Part shown: positions 49,116 to 58,723 of the stretch, piece by piece
Layout of the letters: the number at the start of each line of letters is the position of its first letter
Position numbering within the stretch: the stretch's first letter is position 1
Source of the DNA: Abditibacteriaceae bacterium
GTDB taxonomy: Bacteria > Armatimonadota > Abditibacteriia > Abditibacteriales > Abditibacteriaceae
Reading direction: 5' to 3'
DNA length: 64,000 nt
Assembly: GCA_965277285.1 (NCBI GenBank)
Contig: OZ255721.1
Span: forward strand, 1,376,001 to 1,440,000
Program-made: the position numbers and the translations under genes
Notes under the pieces: generated by a model
Seen by the model: the letters and a program-made list of their open reading frames with translations, nothing else
Database searches by the model: none
What the model was told of the DNA's origin: nothing

Positions 49116-50129
49116 ATGCGTATTTGGCAAAACTTTTTTAGCGTAATCCTACTCCTTCTAATGACTATTCCATCTCAGGCAAAACAAACCGCGCTCTTGT
49201 CGAACAAAATGGTCGCTTATGTTCCCAAAGTGGTGGCTTATGTTCCCAATTGGATTGATCTGGCGTCTTTTGCGGAGACCATCGAGTACTCGAAAGTCAC
49301 GCACATCAACATCGCCTTTGAAAATCCCATCAACAACAGCGGCGATCTGTCCTTCAACAGCAAGAACGACGTTTTGCTGGCCAAAGCGCACGCGCAACAC
49401 GTTCCGGTTTTGATTTCAATTGGTGGCGGAACAGCTTCGAGCGACAAAACCCTGCTCGCCCGCTACTCTGCCCTGCTCGGCGCAACGCAACGCTCGCAAT
49501 TTGTCGCCAAACTTGCCGCTTACGTCTCGCAACACAACTTCGACGGTCTGGATGTGGACATCGAAGGCGCCGCCATTGATGAGAATTACGGCGCTTTCAT
49601 CGCCGAACTCGCCCCGCTGTTGCATTCCAAAGGCAAGTTGCTGACATCCGCGCTCGCTGATGGAAATGGCGGAAACCGCGTGCCAAGTTCGGTCTTTGCC
49701 TCTTTCGATTGGATCAATGTCATGGCTTATGACGCGACCGGCCCTTGGAATCCTGATGTGCCAGGTCAACATTCGTCGCTGAAGTTTGCCAAAAACGCTA
49801 TCGAGTACTGGATTGGGCGCGGCCTGCCCAAAGAAAAAACCGTGTTGGGCATTCCGTTCTATGGCTACGGTTTCGGACAGGCATTTCTCAAGCACGATTA
49901 CGCTTATTCCACTATTGTCGCTTCATATCCGGGCGCGGAAAGCGTCGATGAGGCGGGAAATACCATTTGGTATAATGGCATTCCCACCATCAAAGCGAAA
50001 ACCGAATATGTGCGCCAGCGACAACTCGGCGGCGTGATGATCTGGTCCTTGGACGCCGATGCCAAAGGCGAACGCTCGCTGCTTTCCGCCATCCACGAAA
50101 CTTTAAGCCGACCTTCTGCGCCGTCTTAG
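49116..50129 (+). CDS. GH18 chitinase-like glycoside hydrolase
   Basis: SIGG, FDGLDVDIE catalytic motif, VMAYD, LGIPFYG, GGVMIW; signal peptide; start uncertain (49107/49116). Confidence 0.88.
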   Translation: MRIWQNFFSVILLLLMTIPSQAKQTALLSNKMVAYVPKVVAYVPNWIDLASFAETIEYSKVTHINIAFENPINNSGDLSFNSKNDVLLAKAHAQHVPVLISIGGGTASSDKTLLARYSALLGATQRSQFVAKLAAYVSQHNFDGLDVDIEGAAIDENYGAFIAELAPLLHSKGKLLTSALADGNGGNRVPSSVFASFDWINVMAYDATGPWNPDVPGQHSSLKFAKNAIEYWIGRGLPKEKTVLGIPFYGYGFGQAFLKHDYAYSTIVASYPGAESVDEAGNTIWYNGIPTIKAKTEYVRQRQLGGVMIWSLDADAKGERSLLSAIHETLSRPSAPS

Positions 50130-50179
50130 AAGCCACATTTGCGTTTCCGCTCAGTTGAAAGACCAACTTCATCCATCTC

Positions 50180-51334
50180 ATGCAACGACGACAATTTCTT
50201 CAAAATGCCCTGACGGGAGCCTTGGCCTTAACGAGTACCGGAGCGCAACGCTCGTTGCTGGCTCAAACACCTGCGACCGTCAAACCCGACGCAGTGAAGC
50301 CAATTGCTCAGGAAACGCTTCCCTTTGCAGAATTGCGCGGCGTGAATCTCGGTTCCTGGCTGGTTCTTGAAAAATGGATGACGCCGAGCGTTTTCCATGA
50401 TACAACCGCGCCCGATGAATACGAATTGTGCCGCGCCCTGGGAACGCGCGCCGCTGAGCGATTGAATGGACATCGCAAAACGTTCATTACGGCGGAAGAT
50501 TTTCGCTGGATCAAGTCACATGGCCTCAATGCCGTGCGTTTGCCGGTGGGTTACTGGGCGCTGCAAGCTCCAGCGCCTTACGTCGAGGCCGCGAGCTTTG
50601 TCGATTTCGCCTTCGATCAGGCGCAGCAGAATGGTCTCAAGATTTTGTTGGATTTGCACGGCGCGCCCGGCAGCCAGAATGGCTGGGATCATAGCGGGCG
50701 CGGCGGGACTTTGGGCTGGCCAAATAATCCGCAAAACATACGGCAAACGGTCGATGTTCTCGAAACCTTGGCCAAGCGCTACGGCAAACATCCGGCTTTG
50801 TGGGGCATCGAGTTATTGAACGAGCCGCGCTGGGACGTGCCGATGGATACGCTCAAAACGTTTTATCAGGACGCTTATAAACGTATTCGCCCGCATCTGG
50901 ACAAGCACATCGCGGTTGTCATTCATGACGGCTTTCGCCCTTTTGAATGGAAGAACTTTATGAGCGAACCCGAGTACTCGAATGTGCTGCTCGACACACA
51001 TATCTATCAAGCCTATACCGAAGCCGACCGCAAGCGCACGCCGCAAGAACACATCGCTTACGCGCTGGATCAAAAGCAGCACCTCGACGCGATGAGTCAG
51101 CAATTGTGGACAATGGTCGGCGAATGGTCAATGGCAACGCCGCGTGAAGTGTGGCGCGGCCAGTCGCCGTTCCAGATCGACGTTGCAAAACGCGGTTTCG
51201 GAGCCGCGCAACTCTTGAGTTATGAAACGACCAAAGGTTGGTTTTATTGGAGCTATAAACTCGAATACGAAACCGATTGGAGCTTTCGCCATTGCGTCGA
51301 ACGTGGCTGGCTGCCCGACAATTTTCAAGGTTAA
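50180..51334 (+). CDS. GH5 glycoside hydrolase (glucan 1,3-beta-glucosidase-like), Tat signal
   Basis: RRQFL, RGVNLGSWLVLEKW, DLHGAPGSQNG.DHSG, LNEP, VGEWS. Confidence 0.9.
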   Translation: MQRRQFLQNALTGALALTSTGAQRSLLAQTPATVKPDAVKPIAQETLPFAELRGVNLGSWLVLEKWMTPSVFHDTTAPDEYELCRALGTRAAERLNGHRKTFITAEDFRWIKSHGLNAVRLPVGYWALQAPAPYVEAASFVDFAFDQAQQNGLKILLDLHGAPGSQNGWDHSGRGGTLGWPNNPQNIRQTVDVLETLAKRYGKHPALWGIELLNEPRWDVPMDTLKTFYQDAYKRIRPHLDKHIAVVIHDGFRPFEWKNFMSEPEYSNVLLDTHIYQAYTEADRKRTPQEHIAYALDQKQHLDAMSQQLWTMVGEWSMATPREVWRGQSPFQIDVAKRGFGAAQLLSYETTKGWFYWSYKLEYETDWSFRHCVERGWLPDNFQG

Positions 51335-51383
51335 AAACTCACACCATTCCAGCAAAAGCTTTTAGAATCTCGATAACTTCATA

Positions 51384-52268
51384 TCAAATGACTTTGTAAT
51401 CAGCGCAACGATAAAGAATGTGGCGTTGTGGCTTGTTGGGATCGAAGAGCACGGTCAAAGTGTCGCCGACATGAATCGCCTGGCCGTCCTTTTGCGAGAC
51501 TGTCGTATACGCTTGCCGCATCTGCCCGTGTTCTTGCGTGCGCGGCATCACACGAAAGACATTTCCCACCAACCCTTTTACGTACTCGTCGGGCGCATAT
51601 TCATACTTCAATTCGTAAGTGACTCCCTTGTTTTTGACTTCTCTCACTTCGGTAATGCGCGCGACAGTTGGCAAACCATTGGCGATCAAACGGCGTTGAC
51701 GCCAAGGCGCGATATAAAGCCGCCAGGCGAAAGCACCACCAATGATGTTAATAAAAACTGTCTCGAATACCAGAGAACCCGCATACGTCCACAGGCTTTC
51801 AGAGGGAAACACGATTTGCGAATTTGAATTCGGTAATCTTTTCAAAATACGAACCGGAACGGCATCGCGGGTCTTCAAAGCGTTGTAGTCGTTTGAATAC
51901 ACCTCGTTTTTGTCGTAAAAGCGTTGTCGCCCAACGACATACGAGTACCCGATGGTGTACGTTGGCGTATTGCTTGATGTGACCTCTTTGGTGACGACGC
52001 GGCCCACCACTGTTTGACCAAACAACACAACCACTATCGCAATTACTAAGTGGAACAGGTCATAAGCCGCCCAAAACATAGACGGGTAACCAACAAAAAA
52101 TTTAACGAACGGGTCTTCTTTGCGCGGTTTCATGCGCGTGTGGCGCGGCCTATTGCCCAGCAAAACCGTTTCGATGGCGTGGTTTTTGGCGGCGTGTTCA
52201 AAAGTTGTGTCTGGCTTGACTTCAGGTTGGCTCCAAACACCTGGTTGTGGCGGTTCGATGGATGTCAC
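51384..52268 (-). CDS. membrane protein with two DUF3592-like domains
   Basis: TM pairs followed by beta-rich segments, GD.L.V.FDP.KP. Confidence 0.65.
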   Translation of the reverse strand: MTSIEPPQPGVWSQPEVKPDTTFEHAAKNHAIETVLLGNRPRHTRMKPRKEDPFVKFFVGYPSMFWAAYDLFHLVIAIVVVLFGQTVVGRVVTKEVTSSNTPTYTIGYSYVVGRQRFYDKNEVYSNDYNALKTRDAVPVRILKRLPNSNSQIVFPSESLWTYAGSLVFETVFINIIGGAFAWRLYIAPWRQRRLIANGLPTVARITEVREVKNKGVTYELKYEYAPDEYVKGLVGNVFRVMPRTQEHGQMRQAYTTVSQKDGQAIHVGDTLTVLFDPNKPQRHILYRCADYKVI

Positions 52269-52385
52269 AAATAACCTCGTTCAGAGAATAAAGTTTTGCG
52301 ATTTCGAGTACTCGATTCCACACCGATGTGGCCAGGCCATATAGTTTGCGCAACAAAGAACTTGGTTGAATACCGCAACATTCAT

Positions 52386-54140
52386 TTAGGGAAGATTTCG
52401 TTTGGTTTTTTGAGGCGCCAGCGCTTCCCGATAAAGGCTTTTGATCGTCGCGTTATTGGGATCGTTCCACCAACCGCGAAAAAGTAAAATGTCGCCGCGC
52501 CGGATTGATTCGATGAGTTGAACGCGATATTTTTGGTAATCGCCATCGTTGGCCAGAAGAACGCTGAAGGCTTGCGGATAGAGTTCGCGCACCACTTGCG
52601 GCGTGCTCGCCACGCTTTGGTCGGCGAAAGAATTGAGCGGCGCGCAAGACGCATAATAGCGCGCGGTTTCGTTTTCAGGCATCATCAAAATGTCGGGGAA
52701 ATCGCGCTTGAGATGCTCAAAAATCGTCGCGGGAAGCGAGCTTTTGTCTTTGTCGTTCACAGTCGAATCGATGTAAAACAAAGTCGCGCCCCAACGCTTC
52801 TTCGAGTACTCGATCTTGCGCCGCAACGTTTGGTAAACATCGCGCGATTCGGTTTGTTGCCACACGCCATTCACTTGTTTCAATTCCTGTGGGCGAATGC
52901 AAACGCCGACTCGAAAACCCGCCTGGCGAAACCTGGCGAAATACTCATCAATCGCTTTTTGATGGTTGCCCAGAACCGAAGTTTCGGGCGCCAGCGTTTC
53001 AATTTGCGTTGGATCGCCGTTATACGCCGTCTGCGACCATTGTTGACCTTCGGAATCCCAGGTGATCATGCCTTGCGCATTCATGCCGCGCAAAACAGCG
53101 ATGCTGTCATCGGCGTATTTCAGCAGGCGGCGACGAAACTCGATTTGACCAGCAGCCGAAACCAAGTCGGCGGTTTTGTCGTTGAACCAGCCACGCGGAT
53201 TTTGAACGCCGCCCTGCCCGACGCTCGATAAAAACAACGTTCCTATCGGGCGACGATCTTTCCACACAACTTGAAACGGCGCGCGCTGGCGATACGAAGT
53301 CAAAACATCGTTGGCCAGAACGGAAAAACCGTCGGACGTGGAACCAAAACGCAACGACACTTGGCCATCGACTTTCGACCGAGGCGATACGGACGCAAAA
53401 CGCACTTGAAGCAGAAACTGCCGATGTTTTCCATAATCGGTTTCATTGGGAACACCAACAGACAGCGGCGCAACGGAGTTTTCGGCGCACAACGCGACCG
53501 CTTGTTGACCATCGTCCATCAAAACGATGGGCGCCGTCGTGTCGCTTGCGGCGAACAGCGGGTATTCCTGCAAAGGATGCAGCGCGCCGCCGGTGCCAAA
53601 CATTCCCGCTTCGAGCGTTTGACCTTTGACTGGCGCGGCGAAAAGCGGCTCCAGAATGTTGATCGTCGGCTCGACAAGCGTATCCGACGTGCGGTTAGAA
53701 ATCGTCAGCGCCAAGCGCAAGCGCGCCACGAAACGCCCGTTTTCGAGTACTCGATTCGCCGTGTAACGGCAGACGATTTCGCCCCACGCATACGACAAAA
53801 TAACGCGCGAATTCTTGGCGTCTAAGTTGGCAGAAAGCGGTTTGTCCGACGCGTTATAAGTCGTGCCATCTTTGCGTTGCAACGTTGCCGTGCGCAAAAC
53901 CAAGCGACCTTGTGTGGCTTGCGGCAAAAAGTTTTCAGTGCCGAAATGCAGCGCTGATAAACCGCTATTGTCCAGTGAAAACGTCAGCGTTTGCGCCGTC
54001 GCACGAGAAGCGGCAGCACGAGAAGCGGCAGCACGAGAAGCGGCAGCACGAGAAGCGGCAGCACGAGAAGCGGCAGCACAAAAAACCGCGACCTTGAATA
54101 TACGAAACAGCCCACAAATTTTCGGACGCGTAATGAACAT
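52386..54140 (-). CDS. hypothetical secreted protein (possible glycoside hydrolase-like C-terminus)
   Basis: Long ORF; signal-like N-terminus containing an (AAASR)n repeat; start uncertain. Confidence 0.7.
   Translation of the reverse strand: MFITRPKICGLFRIFKVAVFCAAASRAAASRAAASRAAASRAAASRATAQTLTFSLDNSGLSALHFGTENFLPQATQGRLVLRTATLQRKDGTTYNASDKPLSANLDAKNSRVILSYAWGEIVCRYTANRVLENGRFVARLRLALTISNRTSDTLVEPTINILEPLFAAPVKGQTLEAGMFGTGGALHPLQEYPLFAASDTTAPIVLMDDGQQAVALCAENSVAPLSVGVPNETDYGKHRQFLLQVRFASVSPRSKVDGQVSLRFGSTSDGFSVLANDVLTSYRQRAPFQVVWKDRRPIGTLFLSSVGQGGVQNPRGWFNDKTADLVSAAGQIEFRRRLLKYADDSIAVLRGMNAQGMITWDSEGQQWSQTAYNGDPTQIETLAPETSVLGNHQKAIDEYFARFRQAGFRVGVCIRPQELKQVNGVWQQTESRDVYQTLRRKIEYSKKRWGATLFYIDSTVNDKDKSSLPATIFEHLKRDFPDILMMPENETARYYASCAPLNSFADQSVASTPQVVRELYPQAFSVLLANDGDYQKYRVQLIESIRRGDILLFRGWWNDPNNATIKSLYREALAPQKTKRNLP
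54001..54079. repeat. 15-bp in-frame tandem repeat x5 (GCACGAGAAGCGGCA)
   Basis: Five exact copies encoding (AAASR)n. Confidence 0.92.
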
Positions 54141-54193
54141 TCGTTTTCTCCTTTTGTAACCTTGGATATTGGGTTGGGACTGCGTTCTCTGGT

Positions 54194-54281
54194 AACGAAC
54201 CCGGAGCGTGCGCGACGGGTGAAAAATAAGAGCCAAATCAAACTACGAGTTTTCACCCGTCGCTCACGCTCCGGGTACGTT
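54194..54281. repeat. inverted repeat related to 19914-20005
   Basis: AACGAACCCGGAGCGTGCGCGACGGGTGAAAA ... TTTTCACCCGTCGCTCACGCTCCGGGTACGTT. Confidence 0.75.
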
Positions 54282-54310
54282 GAGGCGACTCACATCATCA
54301 AATCACCACA

Positions 54311-55333
54311 TCATTGGCCATCAGAGTTCGTCTTGTTTTGGTTCAGCCACAGACTTCGATAGGTTCGCCATTCGTCCTCGTTCGTCGTGTCATTGGAGAA
54401 AATCGCCACACCCGCAAAAACCGATTGATTTGCGTCGTTATTTGCCAAACCTTCGCGCACGCCTTTGAGCGCCATGCGCAGGTTTTCCGCGTGCAAATGA
54501 TGCGAAATGCCGCCGTCTTTGTAAGTCGGGACGCCAATGAGTACTCGACATCGCGCGTTTCCCTTCGCCACGGCACGCGTGACGCGAACCGCTTGTTGAC
54601 GCATCAGCCAAACGTAATGGCGCGGAAAGAACAAACCCGAATCGTAACCCATCACGACGATTTGATCGCAACATGCTGCGACTTGCGAGAAATAACTTTC
54701 GCTCCAGCCCCATGCGCCAAAGCCGGACGGCAACCACATCGGCGTCGCAACGGAAAGCAATTTGTCTTTGGGCAATGCGTTTCGCACTTCGCGCAGCAGT
54801 TGCAAAAACGGCGCATCGCCGTCCTCGCACATTTCGTAGTCGATTTGAACGCCAGCGAAGCCGCACGTTTGCGTCAACCAACGTGATTCTTGCACGATGT
54901 TGGCGCGCACTTTGGCGTCCGTGATGTCAACGCCAGTCAAGCCGCGTTGGTTGCCAAGATAAATCCACGCGATGGATTTGGTTTGTGGCGCCGTGCGTTC
55001 GAGTACTCGATTCAACTGCTGCGCGGCTTGAGGGTAATGAAAGTGCAAGCGCCCGTCTTTTTGAATAAAGCGAACATGAAAATACGCGTAAGGCATTTGG
55101 TTCGCCTCGAGTTGCTGCGCCAAGACAGTTTCTTGCGCCACAGAATGCTGTCCGAAACTCCACGAATAATGCAGCCACGCGCCGTTTTCGCCCTTGTTGA
55201 AACTGCGTCCTCCAACGCCCAGCAGCGGGTAAAAACAATAATCGCCAAGCAAGGAAAGGACGATAATCAACAACGTGGACAACAAGATTTTGCGCCGCTT
55301 CTGTACAGGCTTTTTCGTGGTAAGTTGGGGCAT
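54311..55333 (-). CDS. GH18-like membrane-anchored glycoside hydrolase
   Basis: FAGVQIDYE, IVVMGYD, LIGVPTY; N-terminal TM. Confidence 0.7.
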   Translation of the reverse strand: MPQLTTKKPVQKRRKILLSTLLIIVLSLLGDYCFYPLLGVGGRSFNKGENGAWLHYSWSFGQHSVAQETVLAQQLEANQMPYAYFHVRFIQKDGRLHFHYPQAAQQLNRVLERTAPQTKSIAWIYLGNQRGLTGVDITDAKVRANIVQESRWLTQTCGFAGVQIDYEMCEDGDAPFLQLLREVRNALPKDKLLSVATPMWLPSGFGAWGWSESYFSQVAACCDQIVVMGYDSGLFFPRHYVWLMRQQAVRVTRAVAKGNARCRVLIGVPTYKDGGISHHLHAENLRMALKGVREGLANNDANQSVFAGVAIFSNDTTNEDEWRTYRSLWLNQNKTNSDGQ

Positions 55334-55608
55334 TACCAAAGCATAACCGGGTAATGGTTCAATAATGCGAACATTTCAAGTTGCAGCGTTCAATAAAGTT
55401 GTAGCGATCAATAAATAAGCGCGGTACATTCGTGATAAGCGCGCGGAATCTGCTCTTTGGTCGTCGTGTCATGCTTGTTGGTAACGGACTGCTCGCGCAA
55501 GTTGCACTTGCACCGACAGCACAAGGAGCGTTCGTCAAACTGTCTTTATGAACCTTGTCGCTCGTGCATTCATGGCAGACCATGCGACTTAAGTGACAAG
55601 ATGCTCAC

Positions 55609-56640
55609 TCATGAAGTCACTGATGAAGTTTTGATTTCGATGCGCTTGCGTTTTTGACTGCTTTCGATCGCCGCAAGAACCATCGCCAGCGAATGAATGT
55701 TGTCGTGGCATTCGGTTTGAGGCAGCGTGCCTTTGCGCAAAAACAGCAACATTTCACGCAAAGCGCCGTGCATTCCGCTGTAGATTTTGCGCGGCGCGGG
55801 AACTTTCACGTCCTTCAAAGGCTGATTAAAATCGCTCGTTGCTTTGACGACAACTTGGCCGTGCGGCAACTGATCTTTTTCCATCAGAACGGTTCCGCGT
55901 TCGCCGACGAAGCGCCAATCGCCGTTCCAGGAAGTATGATAACCTTCGCTGCACCAACTGCCGCGATAAGTGAAAACCGCGCCGTTGCTCATCTCGAAAA
56001 TGCAACTTGTGGCGACATCGCCTTTATACCACGAACCTTTGGGATTGAACTCGTGCGCATAAACCGCAACTGCATCGGCGCCCGCGAAATAGCGCGCCAG
56101 ATCGAAATGATGAATCGCCATGTCCAAAATCAAAGGGTTCGCCATTTCATCGCGGAAGCCGCCAAAGTGCGCGCCCAGATAAAAATCGCAGTTCAGCGTG
56201 GTGATGTCGCCAATTTGTCCGCTTTCGAGTACTCGACGCGTCGTGTCGTGAACCGCGTCCCAGCGCCGCGATTGCGAAACCATCAGCATTTTGCCGCTGT
56301 CTTCGGAAAGTTTCACTAATCTGCGCGCTTCGGCCAGCGTCGCGGTGAGCGGTTTTTCTACGATGACATGCACGCCCGCCTTCAAAGCCTGCGCTGAAAC
56401 TTCGTAATGCGCTTCAGGAATCGTCAGGTTAAGCACGAAATCGGGCTGCGTTTCTTTCAATGTTCGCGTCAAATCATCGGACGCGGGGCAAGACAATTCC
56501 CATTTTGCGACGGCCTTTTGCGCGCTTTGCACAAACTTATCGACGACGCCAACGATCTGCACTTTTTCTTCTTTCAGTGGCGGGAACCACGCATTGGAAA
56601 TGCCGCCCGCGCCGACGACAACACATCGTTCTTTCGCCAT
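55609..56640 (-). CDS. Gfo/Idh/MocA family oxidoreductase
   Basis: VVGAGGI, VEKP, DMAIHHFD. Confidence 0.9.
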   Translation of the reverse strand: MAKERCVVVGAGGISNAWFPPLKEEKVQIVGVVDKFVQSAQKAVAKWELSCPASDDLTRTLKETQPDFVLNLTIPEAHYEVSAQALKAGVHVIVEKPLTATLAEARRLVKLSEDSGKMLMVSQSRRWDAVHDTTRRVLESGQIGDITTLNCDFYLGAHFGGFRDEMANPLILDMAIHHFDLARYFAGADAVAVYAHEFNPKGSWYKGDVATSCIFEMSNGAVFTYRGSWCSEGYHTSWNGDWRFVGERGTVLMEKDQLPHGQVVVKATSDFNQPLKDVKVPAPRKIYSGMHGALREMLLFLRKGTLPQTECHDNIHSLAMVLAAIESSQKRKRIEIKTSSVTS

Positions 56641-56720
56641 GATTTGATTCCTTCGAGGCTTCCACGACCAAACAAAAAAGCGTCCGCGCACTCACATCGA
56701 GTACTCGAACGCTTTTCAAT

Positions 56721-56797
56721 TGGTCGGGGTGGCCAGATTTGAACTGACGACCTTCTCGTCCCGAACGAGACGCGCTACCAAGCTGCGCTACACCCCG
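56721..56797 (-). tRNA. tRNA-Pro(CGG)
   Basis: Minus: CGGGGTGTAGCGCAGCTTGGTAGCGCG, TCTCG-TT-CGG-GA-CGAGA, GTTCAAATC, CACCCCG-A-CCA. Confidence 0.95.
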
Positions 56798-57171
56798 TCG
56801 ACTTCCTCATAGTGCTCGATCAAGTGGCAGTTCGCGCACAAAACCTCGCACTTACTAATTTCCTGCTGTAACTGCTGCACCGACCAACCGCGCCTTGACA
56901 TATCGGAAACGTTCATCCTTTTCTGCACGGGATCAGAATGATGAAAGGTGAGCACGCGAGGATCGCTAATACCGCAACTCCGGCATTCCAAACCTTTTTT
57001 GTACTCGTTAAACCACGCAATAATGGTTTCTTGACGCCGCCGCCGGCTGTCGTTTTTGCAAGAGCGGCAACGTTTACGGCGATAAAGTTTACCATTGGCA
57101 AACTTCATCACTTCAAAGTCGCTTTCGAGACGCAGTTCGCCACAATAACCACAAATTTGTTCTTGATGCAA
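56788..57171 (-). CDS. HNH endonuclease-like Zn-finger protein inserted at the tRNA-Pro 5' end
   Basis: CGYC..CRSC, CRSCG..LTFHH.DP..K..EISKC..LCANCH..H. Confidence 0.8.
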   Translation of the reverse strand: MHQEQICGYCGELRLESDFEVMKFANGKLYRRKRCRSCKNDSRRRRQETIIAWFNEYKKGLECRSCGISDPRVLTFHHSDPVQKRMNVSDMSRRGWSVQQLQQEISKCEVLCANCHLIEHYEEVDGV

Positions 57172-57187
57172 GCTGCGCTACACCCCG
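57169..57187 (-). repeat. 19-bp duplicate of the tRNA-Pro 5' end (= 56779-56797)
   Basis: CAAGCTGCGCTACACCCCG occurs twice, 390 bp apart. Confidence 0.92.
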
Positions 57188-57205
57188 CAAAATCGGACTT
57201 AACGA

Positions 57206-57234
57206 ATTATACCGCGACAGCCAACGCGCGACAA
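57206..57234 (-). promoter_or_regulatory. sigma70-type promoter for the HNH/tRNA-Pro unit
   Basis: Minus: TTGTCG, 17 bp, TATAAT just upstream of the duplicated tRNA 5' fragment. Confidence 0.65.
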
Positions 57235-57312
57235 GTTTCCAAAACACAAACGGAAACCGCGAAATGCAGCGCCCTTGTTATAATCAATTTACGCTTTTCG
57301 AGTACTCGATTT

Positions 57313-58596
57313 ATGACACAGCAACTTCTTTCTTCACCTCTTTCCGACACGCAAGTCATCGAAGATTTTTCCACATATTGCAGCGCGCCGCTGGCTAATT
57401 TGCTCAAGTTCATCGGTTTCGATTCGACTGAAGCCTTTGCCCGCGATTGCCTGATTACTGATTCCAACGGCGTCGAATACCTCGATTGTCTGGGCGGCTA
57501 CGGCACAATGAGCGTTGGGCATTCGCACCCGCACGTCGTCAGTCGCGTCAAGGAACAATTGGAAAAAAACGCGATGTGGTCGCGCGTTTTTTTCAATGCG
57601 CCGCAAGCCGCGCTCGCCAAACGCTTGGCCGAACTTTCGCCTGGCGAATTGCAGCATTCGTTCTTTTGCAACAGCGGCACTGAAGCGACCGAAGCCGGAA
57701 TTAAAATCGCGCGCATGGCGACCGGACGCACCAAATTGGTCTCGACAATCGGTGCGTTTCATGGCAAAACGATGGGCGCGCTTTCGGTTTCGGGACGCGA
57801 AAAATATCAGAAACCGTTCGCGCCATTGATCCCCGATTGCGTTCACGTCCCGTTCAACGACATTCGAGTACTCGAAGAAAGCATCGACGACGAAACCGCC
57901 GCGTTTTTGGTCGAACCGGTTCAAGGCGAAGGCGGCATCATCGTTCCGAGCGACGATTATTTGCGCGCCGCGCGCGAAATCTGCGACCGTCACGGCGCAT
58001 TGCTGGCCTTCGATGAAGTGCAAACCGGATTGGGACGAACCGGCAAAATGTGGGGCTGCGATTGGGCTGGTGTCGCGCCCGACTTGATGTTTTTGGCCAA
58101 AGCTCTCAGCGGCGGTTGCGTGCCGATTGGCGCCGTCGTGGCGCACCCGAAAACGTGGCACATCTGGAACGAAAACCCGTTCATTCATTCTTCGACTTTC
58201 GGCGGCAATCCTTTGGCGTGCGTCGCGGGATTAGCGACATTGGAAGTCATCGAAAACGAAAATCTGGTCGAGCGCAGCGCTGTTCAAGGCGAAAAACTGA
58301 TGGCGCGTTTGCGCGAAACGCAAGCCGCTTTTCCGCACTGCGTCAAAGAAATTCGCGGGCGCGGTCTGATGATTGGTTTCGAGTTCACGCACGAAGACAT
58401 CGGCGGCCTGGCGATTGCGGGATTGGCGCAGCGCCAGGTTTTGGCCGCTTATTCATTGAACAATCCAAAAGTGATGCGCTTCGAGCCGCCTTTGACGATT
58501 TCCGATGAGCAAATCGAATGGGCGGCCAGCGCCTTTCACCAGTCCGTTGAACAAACTTCGGAATTGATCGAAGGCATGGAAATCGAAGAAGATTAA
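57313..58596 (+). CDS. class III PLP aminotransferase (putrescine/acetylornithine-type)
   Basis: YLDCLGGYG, NSGTEA, FHGKT, EPVQGEGG, DEVQTGLGRTG, AKALSGG, STFGGNP. Confidence 0.92.
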   Translation: MTQQLLSSPLSDTQVIEDFSTYCSAPLANLLKFIGFDSTEAFARDCLITDSNGVEYLDCLGGYGTMSVGHSHPHVVSRVKEQLEKNAMWSRVFFNAPQAALAKRLAELSPGELQHSFFCNSGTEATEAGIKIARMATGRTKLVSTIGAFHGKTMGALSVSGREKYQKPFAPLIPDCVHVPFNDIRVLEESIDDETAAFLVEPVQGEGGIIVPSDDYLRAAREICDRHGALLAFDEVQTGLGRTGKMWGCDWAGVAPDLMFLAKALSGGCVPIGAVVAHPKTWHIWNENPFIHSSTFGGNPLACVAGLATLEVIENENLVERSAVQGEKLMARLRETQAAFPHCVKEIRGRGLMIGFEFTHEDIGGLAIAGLAQRQVLAAYSLNNPKVMRFEPPLTISDEQIEWAASAFHQSVEQTSELIEGMEIEED

Positions 58597-58651
58597 TTCA
58601 CCGCAGAGGACGCTGAGGGCGCAGAGGAAGAATCGAGTACTCGAAAGTAAG

Positions 58652-58723
58652 AGTTTGTCATTCTGAGCGCAGCGAAGAATCTAACTGTAATGAGATTCTT
58701 CGCTGCGCTCAGAATGACAAACT
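58652..58723. repeat. GTCATTCTGAGC palindromic element, copy 3, nested in a CGCAGAG inverted repeat
   Basis: AGTTTGTCATTCTGAGCGCAGCGAAGAATCT..AGATTCTTCGCTGCGCTCAGAATGACAAACT. Confidence 0.85.

Noticed and set aside
49210..49250. 21-bp duplication (VAYVP x2) in the GH18 gene
   Set aside because: Small in-frame slippage with no evident consequence.
56938..57312. N-terminal extension of the aminotransferase in the ORF track
   Set aside because: Overlaps the HNH gene and tRNA promoter on the opposite strand; family similarity starts near ATG 57313.
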